A DNA stretch of 64,000 nucleotides from an uncultured Nitrososphaerota archaeon (lineage in GTDB: Archaea > Thermoproteota > Nitrososphaeria > Nitrososphaerales > CADDZS01): assembly GCA_963799845.1 (NCBI GenBank), contig CAWCYI010000006.1, forward strand, positions 448,001 through 512,000, written 5' to 3'. How positions within the stretch are numbered: position 1 is the first letter of the stretch; every line of letters starts with the position of its first letter. The notes beneath the pieces were generated by a model. The model had not been told where the DNA came from and did not search any database. It worked only from the letters and a program-made list of their open reading frames with translations. This document shows, in pieces, positions 1 to 10,619 of the stretch. The translations under genes were made by a program, and so were the position numbers.

Positions 1-225
1 AACGGCCATGCCAACGGACACAACGGCTCTTGGCACGACAAGCCCGTTCTTGGTGATTTCTGTCCCAAAATCTGTCCAGAAGACAAGACCAAGGACCACG
101 AGAAAACGACGCGCCTCCAAAGTTGACAGTATTCCATCTCTCACAGGACCAACCTTAACTGGATCACCAGTTCCAAGTGTCGATAATCAGACCACGAAGG
201 GACCTTCCGAACCCTGACCGCCTAA

Positions 226-1560
226 TTAAACAATCCAACCATCGATAAGGTTCTCTGGTGTCTCTGTCTTCTTTTCCGACGAGGAATACCTGTGGAGCGG
301 CTTTGTTAGATGCCGGTGCGCTTTCAACGGCGGAATATAGAGTTTCTTGGAAATACTTCTCTTTTCTTCGTGTGATTGCTTAGGCGCCATTGAAACGTTT
401 CCACATTTGTAGCACTCAAATCCTTGCCCCTTTCCCATCGATTTCATCGCAATTTTGCAGCTGGGGCATTTCGGGTTCGAAAGTGTAATAATACGTTCTA
501 GCTTTACGGGGCGAACTGCCTCAAGATTGAGCACCCTGGAATGAGTCGATGTGGGTTTACGTATCCCACCAGAAGCCTCTACTGTGTCCCCTGGTATCAA
601 GCCAAGTACAGTCTTCCTGAAATCCGCAGTAGGTTCGTAACAGGCGCAAGTGATCTCGCCCTCTCTGTTTTCGAGATTGAAGAAGACGTGTCCTCCCATT
701 TCGATCATGGGTTTAGACGACACCCTTCCGACAACAGTTCCCGAAGAGTATGCGCTAGAATTGGTCAAGTCAAGTGCATTCGAAAGATGTTCTCCAGTGG
801 CCTGGTTTGAGCGGAATATCATGTAGCCCAGAAGATTGTCAATAGGCTTGAGGTCACGGAATGCATCTCTGACCGCCCTCGCGTTCTCACCGCGAATCCC
901 ACAGAGCACTGGGTCCGGTCCATGAGGCGAGATCATCACTCGATCATAATCTCTATCATAACTGCTGAAGGTCTGGGGAAATCTAGTTTCGCTCATCCTC
1001 ACCACTTTGTCAAAATCGATAACTCTCCTTCGGCGTACATCTTTGCGGTAGGCAATTAGTTCGAAAGTGTGATCGCGCGCCAGACGGTTCCCAATGCTAG
1101 CGAGCGCACCGACTATGCCTTGACCGGAGCGCAACTCGAAGCTGTCCATTTTGAACATACTAACGAGGCCTCGAGCCTCTCGGAGGCTCATAACGGAAAA
1201 GAGGGCTCTCCTTGAGAATTCCTGAATCTCGTCAGGTGTCTCCAACCCCTCATGCAGTACGAGACCAGAGTTTGCACGGGGACTGGTTGCAAATTTCTCG
1301 ACTATTCCTTTGAAGAAGCGGAAGACGGCATTACGCGAGAGTGTGGTCTTTATTTGTAGGGCTAAAGCGGCGTTGCCCCTCGTCTTCCACGGGATGTTGG
1401 GATTCAGCCTAATCAGGTGAGGATAGTCGACAACTTCGGTCTTTCCACTCTTGAGCAGCTGTTTTACAGCGGTATAGCATAGAAAGGTAGTGCACATCCC
1501 GTCGCTCGAATCGGTATCATCTATTCCGATTTGAAAAAATCTGAACTCTTCTTTCGACAT
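226..1560 (-). CDS. tiaS: tRNA(Ile2) 2-agmatinylcytidine synthetase
   Basis: IGIDDTDS..GMCTT, LIRLNPNIPWKTRGN, PHGPDPVLCGIRG, OB fold (GGHVFF) and C-terminal CPSC..CYKC Zn ribbon. Confidence 0.93.
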   Translation of the reverse strand: MSKEEFRFFQIGIDDTDSSDGMCTTFLCYTAVKQLLKSGKTEVVDYPHLIRLNPNIPWKTRGNAALALQIKTTLSRNAVFRFFKGIVEKFATSPRANSGLVLHEGLETPDEIQEFSRRALFSVMSLREARGLVSMFKMDSFELRSGQGIVGALASIGNRLARDHTFELIAYRKDVRRRRVIDFDKVVRMSETRFPQTFSSYDRDYDRVMISPHGPDPVLCGIRGENARAVRDAFRDLKPIDNLLGYMIFRSNQATGEHLSNALDLTNSSAYSSGTVVGRVSSKPMIEMGGHVFFNLENREGEITCACYEPTADFRKTVLGLIPGDTVEASGGIRKPTSTHSRVLNLEAVRPVKLERIITLSNPKCPSCKIAMKSMGKGQGFECYKCGNVSMAPKQSHEEKRSISKKLYIPPLKAHRHLTKPLHRYSSSEKKTETPENLIDGWIV

Positions 1561-1606
1561 ACGTAGCCGCCGCTGGCGGAACAGACATTTACGGAAAAAA
1601 CGTAAG

Positions 1607-1840
1607 CTAGGATTCTACAACGATCATCGTCAAGGTCGAGCGGACTTTTTCGAGCCGCCTGATCTTCCAGGTAATCGTCTCCTTGACCTTTTCCATAGTG
1701 TCCGCCTCAATTTTCGCGACGATATCGTAGACTCCGTATACAACGTATACTTCCTTAACGTGCTCTATACTCTTCAGCTCGCGAACTAGTTCTTCCTCAG
1801 CGCCGAGATCCGCGTTTATCAAAACGAAGGCCATCGGCAT
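1607..1840 (-). CDS. Lrp/AsnC ligand-binding (RAM) domain stand-alone protein
   Basis: MPMAFVLIN...VYGVYDIVAKIEA...IRRLEKVRSTLTMIV; ATG at 1840 preferred as start. Confidence 0.85.
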   Translation of the reverse strand: MPMAFVLINADLGAEEELVRELKSIEHVKEVYVVYGVYDIVAKIEADTMEKVKETITWKIRRLEKVRSTLTMIVVES

Positions 1841-1902
1841 GTGTTGTGCGGTCACAAACCGTCTCTGTTACCGTCTCATTAAATAGGTTTTCTATCTTTC
1901 AA

Positions 1903-2475
1903 ATGATCAAGATGGGAAACATTGGAAATAGAATCATCTCGAGTACCGAACGGGACGAGTATCCCAAAATCTTCACGGTTGAGCTTCGAGAAGATGATCC
2001 TGCTAAATGTACTTCAGCGAAAATGCGAAAGTTTCAACTGGCAAGATCGATCAGACCGAACCAGATTGATAGAACTTCGATTGTGCTGAGTCCTTTTGCA
2101 GCGGAGATTGTTTCTCGAGGCGACAGGGGGCTCGCGCTATCGGGAGGAATCGTCGTCATCGACTGCTCATGGGTCAATGCAACTTCGACCTTCAAGAGGA
2201 GAATGAATGGAATTCATCGTCGACTTCCCGTTTTGATGGCGGGTAATCCGACAAACTATTCGAAGCTCAACAGCTTGAGCTCTGTTGAGGCTTCTGCCGC
2301 TGCTCTTTACATCATGGATTTCCGGGTTCTCGCTGAACGACTCCTTTCTCTCTACAAATGGGGTGGAACTTTTCTTTCCCTGAACCTAGATGCTCTAAAC
2401 GACTATGCCGTAGCAACAAGCCAGGAAGAGATCAAGAAAATTGAGCTTGATTACTTCCCAAAAATTGCGGGCTGA
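1903..2475 (+). CDS. tsr3: 16S rRNA aminocarboxypropyltransferase Tsr3
   Basis: DDPAKCTSAKM, VIDCSW, RRLPVLMAGNPTNY, LSSVEA, YKWG.TFL.LN; start uncertain (1903/1912). Confidence 0.88.
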   Translation: MIKMGNIGNRIISSTERDEYPKIFTVELREDDPAKCTSAKMRKFQLARSIRPNQIDRTSIVLSPFAAEIVSRGDRGLALSGGIVVIDCSWVNATSTFKRRMNGIHRRLPVLMAGNPTNYSKLNSLSSVEASAAALYIMDFRVLAERLLSLYKWGGTFLSLNLDALNDYAVATSQEEIKKIELDYFPKIAG

Positions 2476-2642
2476 TAATCCCTGAACCGATCGGAGATTT
2501 CAAAAATCCTGCTGTGCTTACGTTTAGCGTCGATTTGCATTGACGAGACATAGGCTTCAGCTAACCACAAGTTGGGGAATGATGATGCCTTTTCCAAAGA
2601 TAGGTTTAACTCAGTCCTATAATTAGAGCAAAGTATTAGATT

Positions 2643-3314
2643 TTGGCTTCCACTGGCCTCTTTTCCCTCGACCAGCTTCTTGGGAGCGATGGCTATCCAG
2701 ACAAGTCAACCATTCTGATCGTTGGCCCTCCCGGAATAGGCAAGGAAGCCCTTGGCTACTGGTTCACCCACTCAGGACTTCTGCAGAATGATTTCTGTCT
2801 ATACACCACGAGACTATCCACGAGAGAAGTACTTCAGGATGTCAAGGCGTTCAACGTTGACTTTTCTCAAAGAGTACCATTCTGGTTTGCAAGCGAGGGA
2901 GGGCAGATCAAGTTTGATGTTAACGACCTAGCGAGCTTATCGTTCAATATCAAAGACATCCTAAAGAAAAACGCAGACAGGAGAATCAGAGTGGTGACTG
3001 ATGTACTTTCTTCCCTGCTGATGTTGAACCAGCCAGATACAATTTACAAATTCTTAACGCAACTCTTTGCTGACGTAAAGCAATACGATTCTGTGGCACT
3101 TGCAACACTGGAAGAAGGGATGCATCCTCCAAACGTCCTGGCTGCTATGCAACAGCTGTTCGATGGAGTGATTGAACTGAGATTGTACGAGGAAGGCCTC
3201 CGGGTGCTTCCTCTACTTAGAATAAGGAAAATGAGAGGAGTTCCTCCGCAGCAGGGTTACTACAACTTTTCGTTCACAAAAACTGGAATGGAGGTTAGCG
3301 CGTTTGTCAGATAG
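2643..3314 (+). CDS. KaiC/RAD55-like RecA-fold P-loop protein, module copy 1
   Basis: STG..LD.LL..GYP, Walker A GPPGIGKE, Walker B RVVTD, FDGVIEL, RIRKMRG. Confidence 0.88.
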   Translation: MASTGLFSLDQLLGSDGYPDKSTILIVGPPGIGKEALGYWFTHSGLLQNDFCLYTTRLSTREVLQDVKAFNVDFSQRVPFWFASEGGQIKFDVNDLASLSFNIKDILKKNADRRIRVVTDVLSSLLMLNQPDTIYKFLTQLFADVKQYDSVALATLEEGMHPPNVLAAMQQLFDGVIELRLYEEGLRVLPLLRIRKMRGVPPQQGYYNFSFTKTGMEVSAFVR

Positions 3315-4070
3315 CCTTGGATTCGCCCTCGCGATAATCTTTACTGAGATCTTGCCCGCGGCCATTGGTTTTTACGCCGCATACTGGGCTTTGTCTATTA
3401 GGCGTGCGCTCGTCAGCCGCGTCTATCGCAACCACGCTCTCTGGTTGGGTGTTTTAGTTATCTTTTTGGAGGTGAATTCACTTACCGTCAACCTTACGAG
3501 CAACAATGCGATTATTACGCTAGCACTCCATCTTATTCTCTACTCGGTCATCGTATTCGCATTTGCATTTATCGACTCTACCATTCCTGTTGCACGGCGC
3601 TCGGATCCGCTCCTTCGCAGCATACTGCATTGGAGCAAGGTCCGTATTGTGCTCTGGGTTGATGTTGCCCTGGCAGGAATTTATCTGGTCGTTACGGCAA
3701 TCAGCCCATCCTTCAATGCGAGTGTTGCCGCAGGCTTTTTGGGATTCCCCCTCTTCTCACTCCCGCTGCTTCTTGGAGCACCGGCTCTGCTGATCGGGCC
3801 AGAAGATCCAGAGACCCAGTGCTTCGCGGGAGCTTGAAATGGTTTGGTATATTCTTATTGCTGTTCTTGGTTAACACAGTGTTGTCCATTATCGAATCGG
3901 TCGTCTTCGGCATCAGCAGCTACAATGAATCATATTCATACCCTGCAATTGTTTTCGCTCCGGCGTACGTTCTGGCAGCCTATGCTCTTTACAGGAGCGC
4001 TCGGTCTCTTGCACCAATAAACCGACTGTCGCTAGAAGTTCCACCCAAAGTAGAACCGCCACCGCCCTAG
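3304..4070 (+). CDS. 7-TM membrane protein, module copy 1 (single-base frameshift near 3797)
   Basis: ORFs 3304-3837 and 3819-4070 join into a full paralog of 19332-20102; one G missing in ATC GGG (G)CC restores LLIGARRSRDP. Confidence 0.8.
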
Positions 4071-4216
4071 TTCGACCCTTCCACTATATTTCTTAGACAA
4101 TGGTTTTTCGTTTGTCTCGAACATTTTGATCTTGTGCTCTGCTATCTAGCTGGGCCTGAACATTGCAGCAATTGTGAGAATTACAAGAATGCCCTCGACA
4201 CGAGACTATGATGCAG

Positions 4217-4290
4217 ATATTTGTACATAGGAGTACATTCGATATTATATATTGCGATAGCGCTCAGATCGTTGAGCACTAAACAAATGC
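4217..4290 (+). promoter_or_regulatory. GTACA-repeat operator/promoter, copy 1
   Basis: tttgtacataggagtacattcgatattatata...gatcgttgagcactaaacaaatg, homologous to 6044-6115. Confidence 0.65.
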
Positions 4291-4411
4291 CACAACCATT
4301 GCCTGGCCAAATTGTAGTGATCTTCGAAAAACTGAGGGAGAAGATTGGATCGAAGAAAACTGTTTATCTTATGCTATCGTCAGGTTCGCGCCATAGGAGG
4401 TTTCTCCAATA

Positions 4412-5865
4412 ATGCAAAATCACCGAAGATCTTCGATTGCAGTGATCTTCTCGTGTTTTGTTCTGCTTACCATAGGACTTTTTTCAAGCTCGATCCCGCA
4501 AAGTTACGCCGCGAGTAGCACAACGCTGATTGTCCCTTCACAATATTCTACGATTCAATCCGCAATTAATGCCGCGAATTCCGGAGACACGGTCAAAGTT
4601 CTTAGGGGCACTTATACCGAGCAGCTTTTCATCAACAAGTCGATAACGCTGTTAGGCGCTGGTGCCTCCTCTACCGTAATCAATGAGCCCAAGAAACTTG
4701 CTACAGATAGCTTTGGGTATTATTGGGGCGTGCACATAGCTCACGGCGCTGAGGTAACGATCTCCGGCTTCTCTTTCACGACGCCGCCGAAGTTTTTCAA
4801 GCCCTGCACTGTGCTACCCTCTTGCGGCACGATAGGAGTGGACGGGGGCGCGAGTCTCGAGCTGTCTTCAAGCATTGTGCATCTCACTTACTTGACTGCT
4901 GGCTTGTGGGTGGGACTGGGTGATACTCCTTCGAGCGTTCCATTTTCAACTGGCCAAGCGGTTGTTAATGCCGTTGATTTTGAGGTGCCATCTACGGCTA
5001 CAAAAAATCTTACGGAGCCAGGGGCAGGTTATGCTGGGATATGGCTCTCAGGTGATGGCTCCCTGCAAGTCTCGTACAGCAGAATCGTAACAATTCCAAC
5101 TTTTTATGGCGATACGTTCGGCATTTTTCTAGATACTGGGACGACGGCATCAATCTTGCACAACACAATTGTCGGCGCCAGTGCAATCGTCACTGAACCT
5201 GACGCGCACGCTGATATTTCGTACAACACTCTCATGCCCACAGGTCTCTCACTGTTCGGAGCGATTCCTAGTGCTACCACGGGCATCTCAATCAGTCAGG
5301 GCTCCAATGTCAAGATTACTTACAACACGATTACCAGCGGCCCGAATGTCTTGGCCGGATCTTTCTAGTAGCAAACAATGTCTCATCAGATCCTACGATT
5401 GCAGATGTCTCCCACAACACAATAAGTAATTTCCTCTGCACAGATCTGACCGGCAGACCTGCTGGATACTGCGGGCCGAACATTTTGGAAGGGCAAGACC
5501 AGAACAACGGGATTGTTGTCTTCGGAATTTTCGGACCCCAGACGACGAAAAATGCGATATCAATCACAGACAATTATATCACAAGAACCGATAATGGGAT
5601 TGGACTAGCCGATGCTCAGAATTGCTGCGTCGTTTCTGACAATGTGATACTGAAAAGCACGGACTTTGCACTTGCGGCTGTGAACGGGAACTACACTTTT
5701 TCGAATAACAAAATCATAGGTGGACTGTACGCAGTTACAGCGTTCGCCGGTGCCATAAACATGACAGTAACGATGAACGGCAATATCATTCAGGGCATAT
5801 CGATTGCTCCAACCTACCTCCAGACTATTCCACCCTTCACAGCGAAAGTAGTGTTCAAGAAGTAA
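4412..5865 (+). CDS. Secreted parallel beta-helix (pectin lyase/NosD-like) protein (frameshift near 5357)
   Basis: Signal peptide, VPSQYSTIQSAINAA..GDTV.V..GTY.E, repeated I.xNTI units; the frame after 5357 (IFLVANNVS...) runs into ORF 5485-5865. Confidence 0.75.
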
Positions 5866-6043
5866 GATTCACTGTCGTATCGATTCGTGTGGGGATTTGG
5901 TAGTCTAGAATTATCATTTTGCTAGTACCCGCCAATATGCTTAACCGGACTTCCGTTGGTTGAAACAATCAATCTCAGATTTCTCACCCTAAATTACGTT
6001 GGGTATTACTGACTTATGCTTCTTATTCTCTTTCTCTGGCAAA

Positions 6044-6115
6044 CATTTGTACATAATCGTACATTCGATGTGATATAGAGCAACGGTGCCTAGATCGGTG
6101 AGCACTAAACCAATG
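6044..6115 (+). promoter_or_regulatory. GTACA-repeat operator/promoter, copy 2
   Basis: catttgtacataatcgtacattcgatgtgatatag upstream of ATG 6113. Confidence 0.7.
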
Positions 6116-6904
6116 ACTCTGAAAACAAGACCCTCGGTGTCGCGTAAATCGCTCGTATTTCTGGTGCCTTTCTTAGGTTTGCTTTATGACGCCATCTGCC
6201 ATGTTTATGCCTTCGTATTCTATTATTTCCAGACTCCAATCTTTGCAATATTTATCATCGTGCCGCTTCTCGGTGCGCTAGCCGTCCTGCGGGGTGGTAG
6301 GATTGGCTATATCATCTCGACAGCTATCAGCTTGCTATTCTTCTTCGTGGAAGGCGGAATGGGAACTTCTGAATGGAGCTCTGTGACGGTGACAAATGTC
6401 TTCCTCATTTATATCACAGTGGTCCCTGCGCTTCTCTTAGCTCTGGTCTACTCGGTGTTGGGGTTGAAGCAAGTCTTCTCGAGGCCAACGATTCCCCAGA
6501 AACCATCTAGGATGATACCCGCTCGCAGCTTCTTGGTTCTCCTGGCTATTGGTTTCATTCTCGGCGGGGCCACGATAGGATTCATCGCTGCCCCGGTAGA
6601 ATTGAGACTGGCTCAATCAAACCCCGTGACCGGAGACATATTCATTGTCCAAGGTGCAGGAAATTCGAACAACGGACAATTCTACTTGCCGAGCTCGTAC
6701 AATGTGGCTGTTGGAACTACCGTAAGTTGGGTGAACCACGATACGACAACGCACACAGTGACCGAGGACAACGGACTGTTCGATTCGGGGCCTATCCCAC
6801 CGGGCGGGTCCTTCAGCTATACTTTCACTAAAACGGGAACGTACCAATATGCCTGCTCATATCATCCTTGGATGACTGGGACCATCGTTGTAACTTCCAG
6901 CTGA
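6113..6904 (+). CDS. Multi-TM membrane protein fused to C-terminal cupredoxin (plastocyanin/azurin-like), paralog 1
   Basis: About 5 hydrophobic helices, then WVNHDTTTHTVT...YACSYHPWMTG (type-1 Cu ligands H, C, H, M). Confidence 0.85.
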   Translation: MTLKTRPSVSRKSLVFLVPFLGLLYDAICHVYAFVFYYFQTPIFAIFIIVPLLGALAVLRGGRIGYIISTAISLLFFFVEGGMGTSEWSSVTVTNVFLIYITVVPALLLALVYSVLGLKQVFSRPTIPQKPSRMIPARSFLVLLAIGFILGGATIGFIAAPVELRLAQSNPVTGDIFIVQGAGNSNNGQFYLPSSYNVAVGTTVSWVNHDTTTHTVTEDNGLFDSGPIPPGGSFSYTFTKTGTYQYACSYHPWMTGTIVVTSS

Positions 6905-7036
6905 TTTGAAGATTAGCATGCGGTGAATGTAATGAGCAATTCAGAAACGTACTCTTCGGACAAGGAGATCCATTGCTGAGATAGTTTTGCTTCGAAATCA
7001 AAAACAAATATCCAAGACGGAGGTGTAAATCGTCAA

Positions 7037-8331
7037 TTGCAATCATCATTGAATCAGGAGAAACATGTCGAAAAGTCAAACGACAGAATTGTCGCAAAAA
7101 ATGGAATCCTGATTGTCGGAGCAGGGCTTGCGGGATTATCACTTGCTCTAACCCTCGCCAGAAGAGGAATCGCATGCACCGTGATCGAAAAACAAACTGA
7201 AATCGTTCCGAGTAAGTGGGCTATTCTTGTCTACCCACAGGGGATCAAGATTTTTGATGAATTAGGCGTACTCGAAGACATCAGGCGACTTGGCGTGCCC
7301 CTAAAGCCGCCTGAGATGGTTGTGGACGGAGCGACACTCCTTGTGGCTGACAGCGGATTGCTCGTTGAGCCCAAGTACAACTATCACCTGAACCTAGGAC
7401 CTTCTGAAATCAGGCAGGTGTTGAAAAAACACGCCTTGTCTCAGGGCGTAGAGATTCTGGAAGGCATAGATTATACATCATTGATCCGCGACTCGAGCAA
7501 CAAGATAATTGGCGTCGAGGCAAGAGGTAAAGATGCCCAATCAATCAAGATCTCGTCTCAGGTTGTGGTTGACGCAACCGGTTACAAGTCAGTGCTGCGA
7601 AATCAACTTGGAGTCCAGTCCACCGTCAAGCAGCATGACTCGCTCATCGTCTGCTTCTTCATCGACGACTGCATACATGGTCAAGATCAAATCCAGCTTT
7701 TCCTTGGTAACGGATGTGTCTCGTTGAGTCTGCCATGCACAGAAAAACGGATCCTATTGGCCTACGAGGAAAGTGGTCTGACAGTTGAAAAGCTCAGAGA
7801 AAAGGGAGGGGAATCATATGTAAGGCGCAAAATCCTAGACGCTGCTCCCAACCTCTGGCAAATTATGGAGAGATCTACTGCGAACCTATCGGACGGCAGT
7901 ATGATGACGATGCAACCAACGATTTCAAGAGTTTCTCCTTTCGTCGTTGACGGTGCTGTTATGATCGGAGATTCCGCTCTTTCTGTTCACCCTGGCACCG
8001 GTTCAGGCGCGCAGCTGAGCTTTTCAAGATTCGATTACTCTCGCACCCGTGATTGAGAAGTGCATGGACAAGGGCGATTTTTCCTTGGCCGGATTGAACG
8101 AGTACGAGCTGAGGAGGAGGCCCTTCATGAAAACGGTAGACATTACGAGCAGGTCTGTCGATTCCTTGACGTTCGCAAAGGGTCGCTTCAAATTGTGGTT
8201 AAGGAGAAGACAGACTGTGGGCGATCAACAAACTAATGACGCGAAAGGAATACCAAGAGATTATCGACGGAGTCCGAGCACCCAACGGTAAGGAAATATT
8301 TGTTCTCACTATGAGAACGATCTTTTCTTAA
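7037..8331 (+). CDS. FAD-dependent monooxygenase (UbiH/aromatic hydroxylase family), two apparent frameshifts (about 8022 and 8213)
   Basis: IVGAGLAG, VVDATG, MIGDSA..VHPGTGSG; removing one T in the TTTT at about 8022 gives FQDSITLA, continuing into ORF 8049. Confidence 0.78.
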
Positions 8332-8416
8332 AACTAAACGTAGTAAAGACGCATGATGGCAGAGCGAATTAGTTAAACTTCTCCGAAATTTCAAGAAGAT
8401 GCTAGTAGGTATCTTC

Positions 8417-9232
8417 TTATTGGGTCTCGGTTCCTTTTTTGCCTTTCTTCCACTGGCCCAAGAGCTTCTTTTCAGATTCAGAGACTTTTCGCTCGCCCTG
8501 ATTTGAAGCTACGGCGCCCCGCAGAAAACTCCGATACGAATTGATCACCGTGCGTTCATCGCCGGAAATGATTCCCTCTTTCTCCGCCGCATAAAGATTG
8601 TCAACCCACTCCTGCGACTGCTCAACTTCCGTAACCGGGAGCTCTTCATCGGCTGTCTTCAGGAGCTCGGCGAAGGTTTCCATTTTTGTTTCATCTGATG
8701 CAGTTGAAAGTGGATCTTCTTTAGTTCCCTTTGGAAAATATCTTCCAAAATTGTAGCCAACCCAGTAGACGATTTTAGACGGTTCGACCCTGATCAATCT
8801 ATACTTGTACAACTTTCGCTCATCTGGTAGCTCCTTTCCGCTCGCGTAGAAAGTAAACATGCCCGGGTACTTTTTCGCGAAACTGGCCATTTTCGGCCCG
8901 ATTGAGAGAATTGATAGCACGGTCTTCACAATACTGAACACTTTCGCCTTGCCTTGAATCATCGCGCCGCAGGAGCCCTTTGTCAGAAGGTGATTGTCAA
9001 CAAGAAATGAAACAGTAGGGTTTCCTCTGATGAATTTTAGTTTGGCTGCGCTGATCGGGGTCATGAAATACACTCTGAAACCCGAGAAATAGAAGGCGAC
9101 GGGGTAGCTGTACAATTCGCCCTTGCTGGACGTTACGGACAAATATCCGATACCAGAAGTTTTTAGAACATCTAGAACGTTTTCCGGAATCTCCTGCTGC
9201 TGTTGATCCTTGGCAGGCATTCGAGTTCTCAA
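8417..9232 (-). CDS. Pyridoxamine 5'-phosphate oxidase-like (flavin/F420-binding split barrel) protein with C-terminal extension
   Basis: GYLSVTS..G..YSYPV.F, K.KFIRGNPTVSFLVD; overlaps the upstream KaiC-like gene by 4 nt. Confidence 0.75.
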   Translation of the reverse strand: MRTRMPAKDQQQQEIPENVLDVLKTSGIGYLSVTSSKGELYSYPVAFYFSGFRVYFMTPISAAKLKFIRGNPTVSFLVDNHLLTKGSCGAMIQGKAKVFSIVKTVLSILSIGPKMASFAKKYPGMFTFYASGKELPDERKLYKYRLIRVEPSKIVYWVGYNFGRYFPKGTKEDPLSTASDETKMETFAELLKTADEELPVTEVEQSQEWVDNLYAAEKEGIISGDERTVINSYRSFLRGAVASNQGERKVSESEKKLLGQWKKGKKGTETQ

Positions 9233-9987
9233 TAAATTTCTTCCGTAGCGTAAACTTGGAGACCGCTCTCGTTGATGACGTAAGGTCTTGCGTGGGTGTC
9301 AACTTTGGATCCTCTCATCTTCAAAATCTGAATAGATCTGACTCCCTTCTGAAGCGTCCTCATGATTACGACACCTTCCGCGAGATACTCTTCGGGCTGT
9401 AACAACCTTCCCTCTCCCGTTGAAAGCAGCTCACTCGTCATGAGGCATGTTGCCTTCGTAGACTGTAGAGTCTCAACTAGATCCAGAACGACTGGGCGAC
9501 GTTCTTCCACTTTTGGATATCGAAAGACCAGGTCTGAAATCGAGTCCACAACAACTCGCTTCGGGGAATATTTTTCGATAGCTTCCTGAATCATGTCCAT
9601 CAGATTCACCAGCCCAAGCTCTCTACCGCCGACGGGAATTCTTCCGACTTTTGCCTCTTCGGGAATGCGCCTGACTTCGGTTGCGTCGACGTATGAGAAA
9701 CTTCCCGATTTTTCCAGCTTGTCAAAATCCATCCCCAGCCCGGCCATTTCCTGCATGAATCGGGACTTTGGCTCGTTCATCCCGATGAAGATGCTTTTCT
9801 CGTTTTTCTGGATCGCTCCGTGGAAAAGGTATTGAGAGCAAAGGATAGTCTTGCCGCTTCCAGGTTCTCCTAGCACCAGAACGACCCGCCCTTCATTGAA
9901 GCCGCCGTCTAGCATGGAGTCTAGTCCCGGAATTCCCGTCTCAAGCCTTGCATTTTTTTCTTGGTTTTGGGCCATCTGTGTAGACAA
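9229..9987 (-). CDS. KaiC/RAD55-like ATPase, canonical motifs
   Basis: TGIPGLDSMLDGG, Walker A GEPGSGKT, Walker B RVVVDSIS, ILKMRG. Confidence 0.9.
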   Translation of the reverse strand: MSTQMAQNQEKNARLETGIPGLDSMLDGGFNEGRVVLVLGEPGSGKTILCSQYLFHGAIQKNEKSIFIGMNEPKSRFMQEMAGLGMDFDKLEKSGSFSYVDATEVRRIPEEAKVGRIPVGGRELGLVNLMDMIQEAIEKYSPKRVVVDSISDLVFRYPKVEERRPVVLDLVETLQSTKATCLMTSELLSTGEGRLLQPEEYLAEGVVIMRTLQKGVRSIQILKMRGSKVDTHARPYVINESGLQVYATEEIY

Positions 9988-10096
9988 CTTCCCTGAACAA
10001 GAGATCTCTATTTCTGCATTCCTAGGTAAAATGCATCCTTGGCTTCATGATAAACTAAGATCATTATCTGAATCCTCCAATATATGTCGCACATTT

Positions 10097-10530
10097 CTAG
10101 CTCTGAACTTGAGATTCCAGTATGCGTTTCACGTTGCCGACTTCGAGTCCGCCTTCTCTCCTCGCTCTTCGGGCAAGGAAAGGCCCTACCAGTCTAAACA
10201 TGCCACTAAATCTTAGATCAAATGCTCGGGTCAGTCTAGTTTTCCCTTCGATGCTTTCCAAGCTGTAAGTGACCTTGTTCCCTTTATCGGCCCTGAAATA
10301 AACTCCAGAGTGAACTTCTTGCTCTGCTCGTACTCAATTGCCTTAGCATTCATTACTCTCTGTTTTGGGTGAACTGATTGGATCGTTGTACCAATTCCAA
10401 CGGGACCTGCAGAAGTTTGCCGAACTTCGAGAACACCGGGGTCCCATTTTGGGGTGTTAGACAAATCAGTCATGAATGTCCATATCTGCTCGCGAGGACG
10501 GTCTACGATCACACTCGCTTCAATTTTCAC
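10097..10530 (-). CDS. SRPBCC/polyketide cyclase family protein (frameshift near 10275)
   Basis: IEASVIVDRPREQIWTFMTDLSNTPKWDP; a +1 A continues as KVTYSLESIEGKTRLT...NVKRILES* ending at 10097. Confidence 0.75.
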
Positions 10531-10619
10531 ATTACCAACCCTCCACTAAATCCAAAACCTGTTGCCATTCCACCTTTCCGGCGATTAATATCGAATTTGT
10601 GCAAGACTCTCCAAACCTC

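Noticed and set aside
8-217. ORF at the window start
   Set aside because: No recognisable motif; an open minus-strand frame running off the edge is equally plausible
2643-9987. Circadian KaiABC clock
   Set aside because: Single-domain proteins, and no kaiA or kaiB in the window
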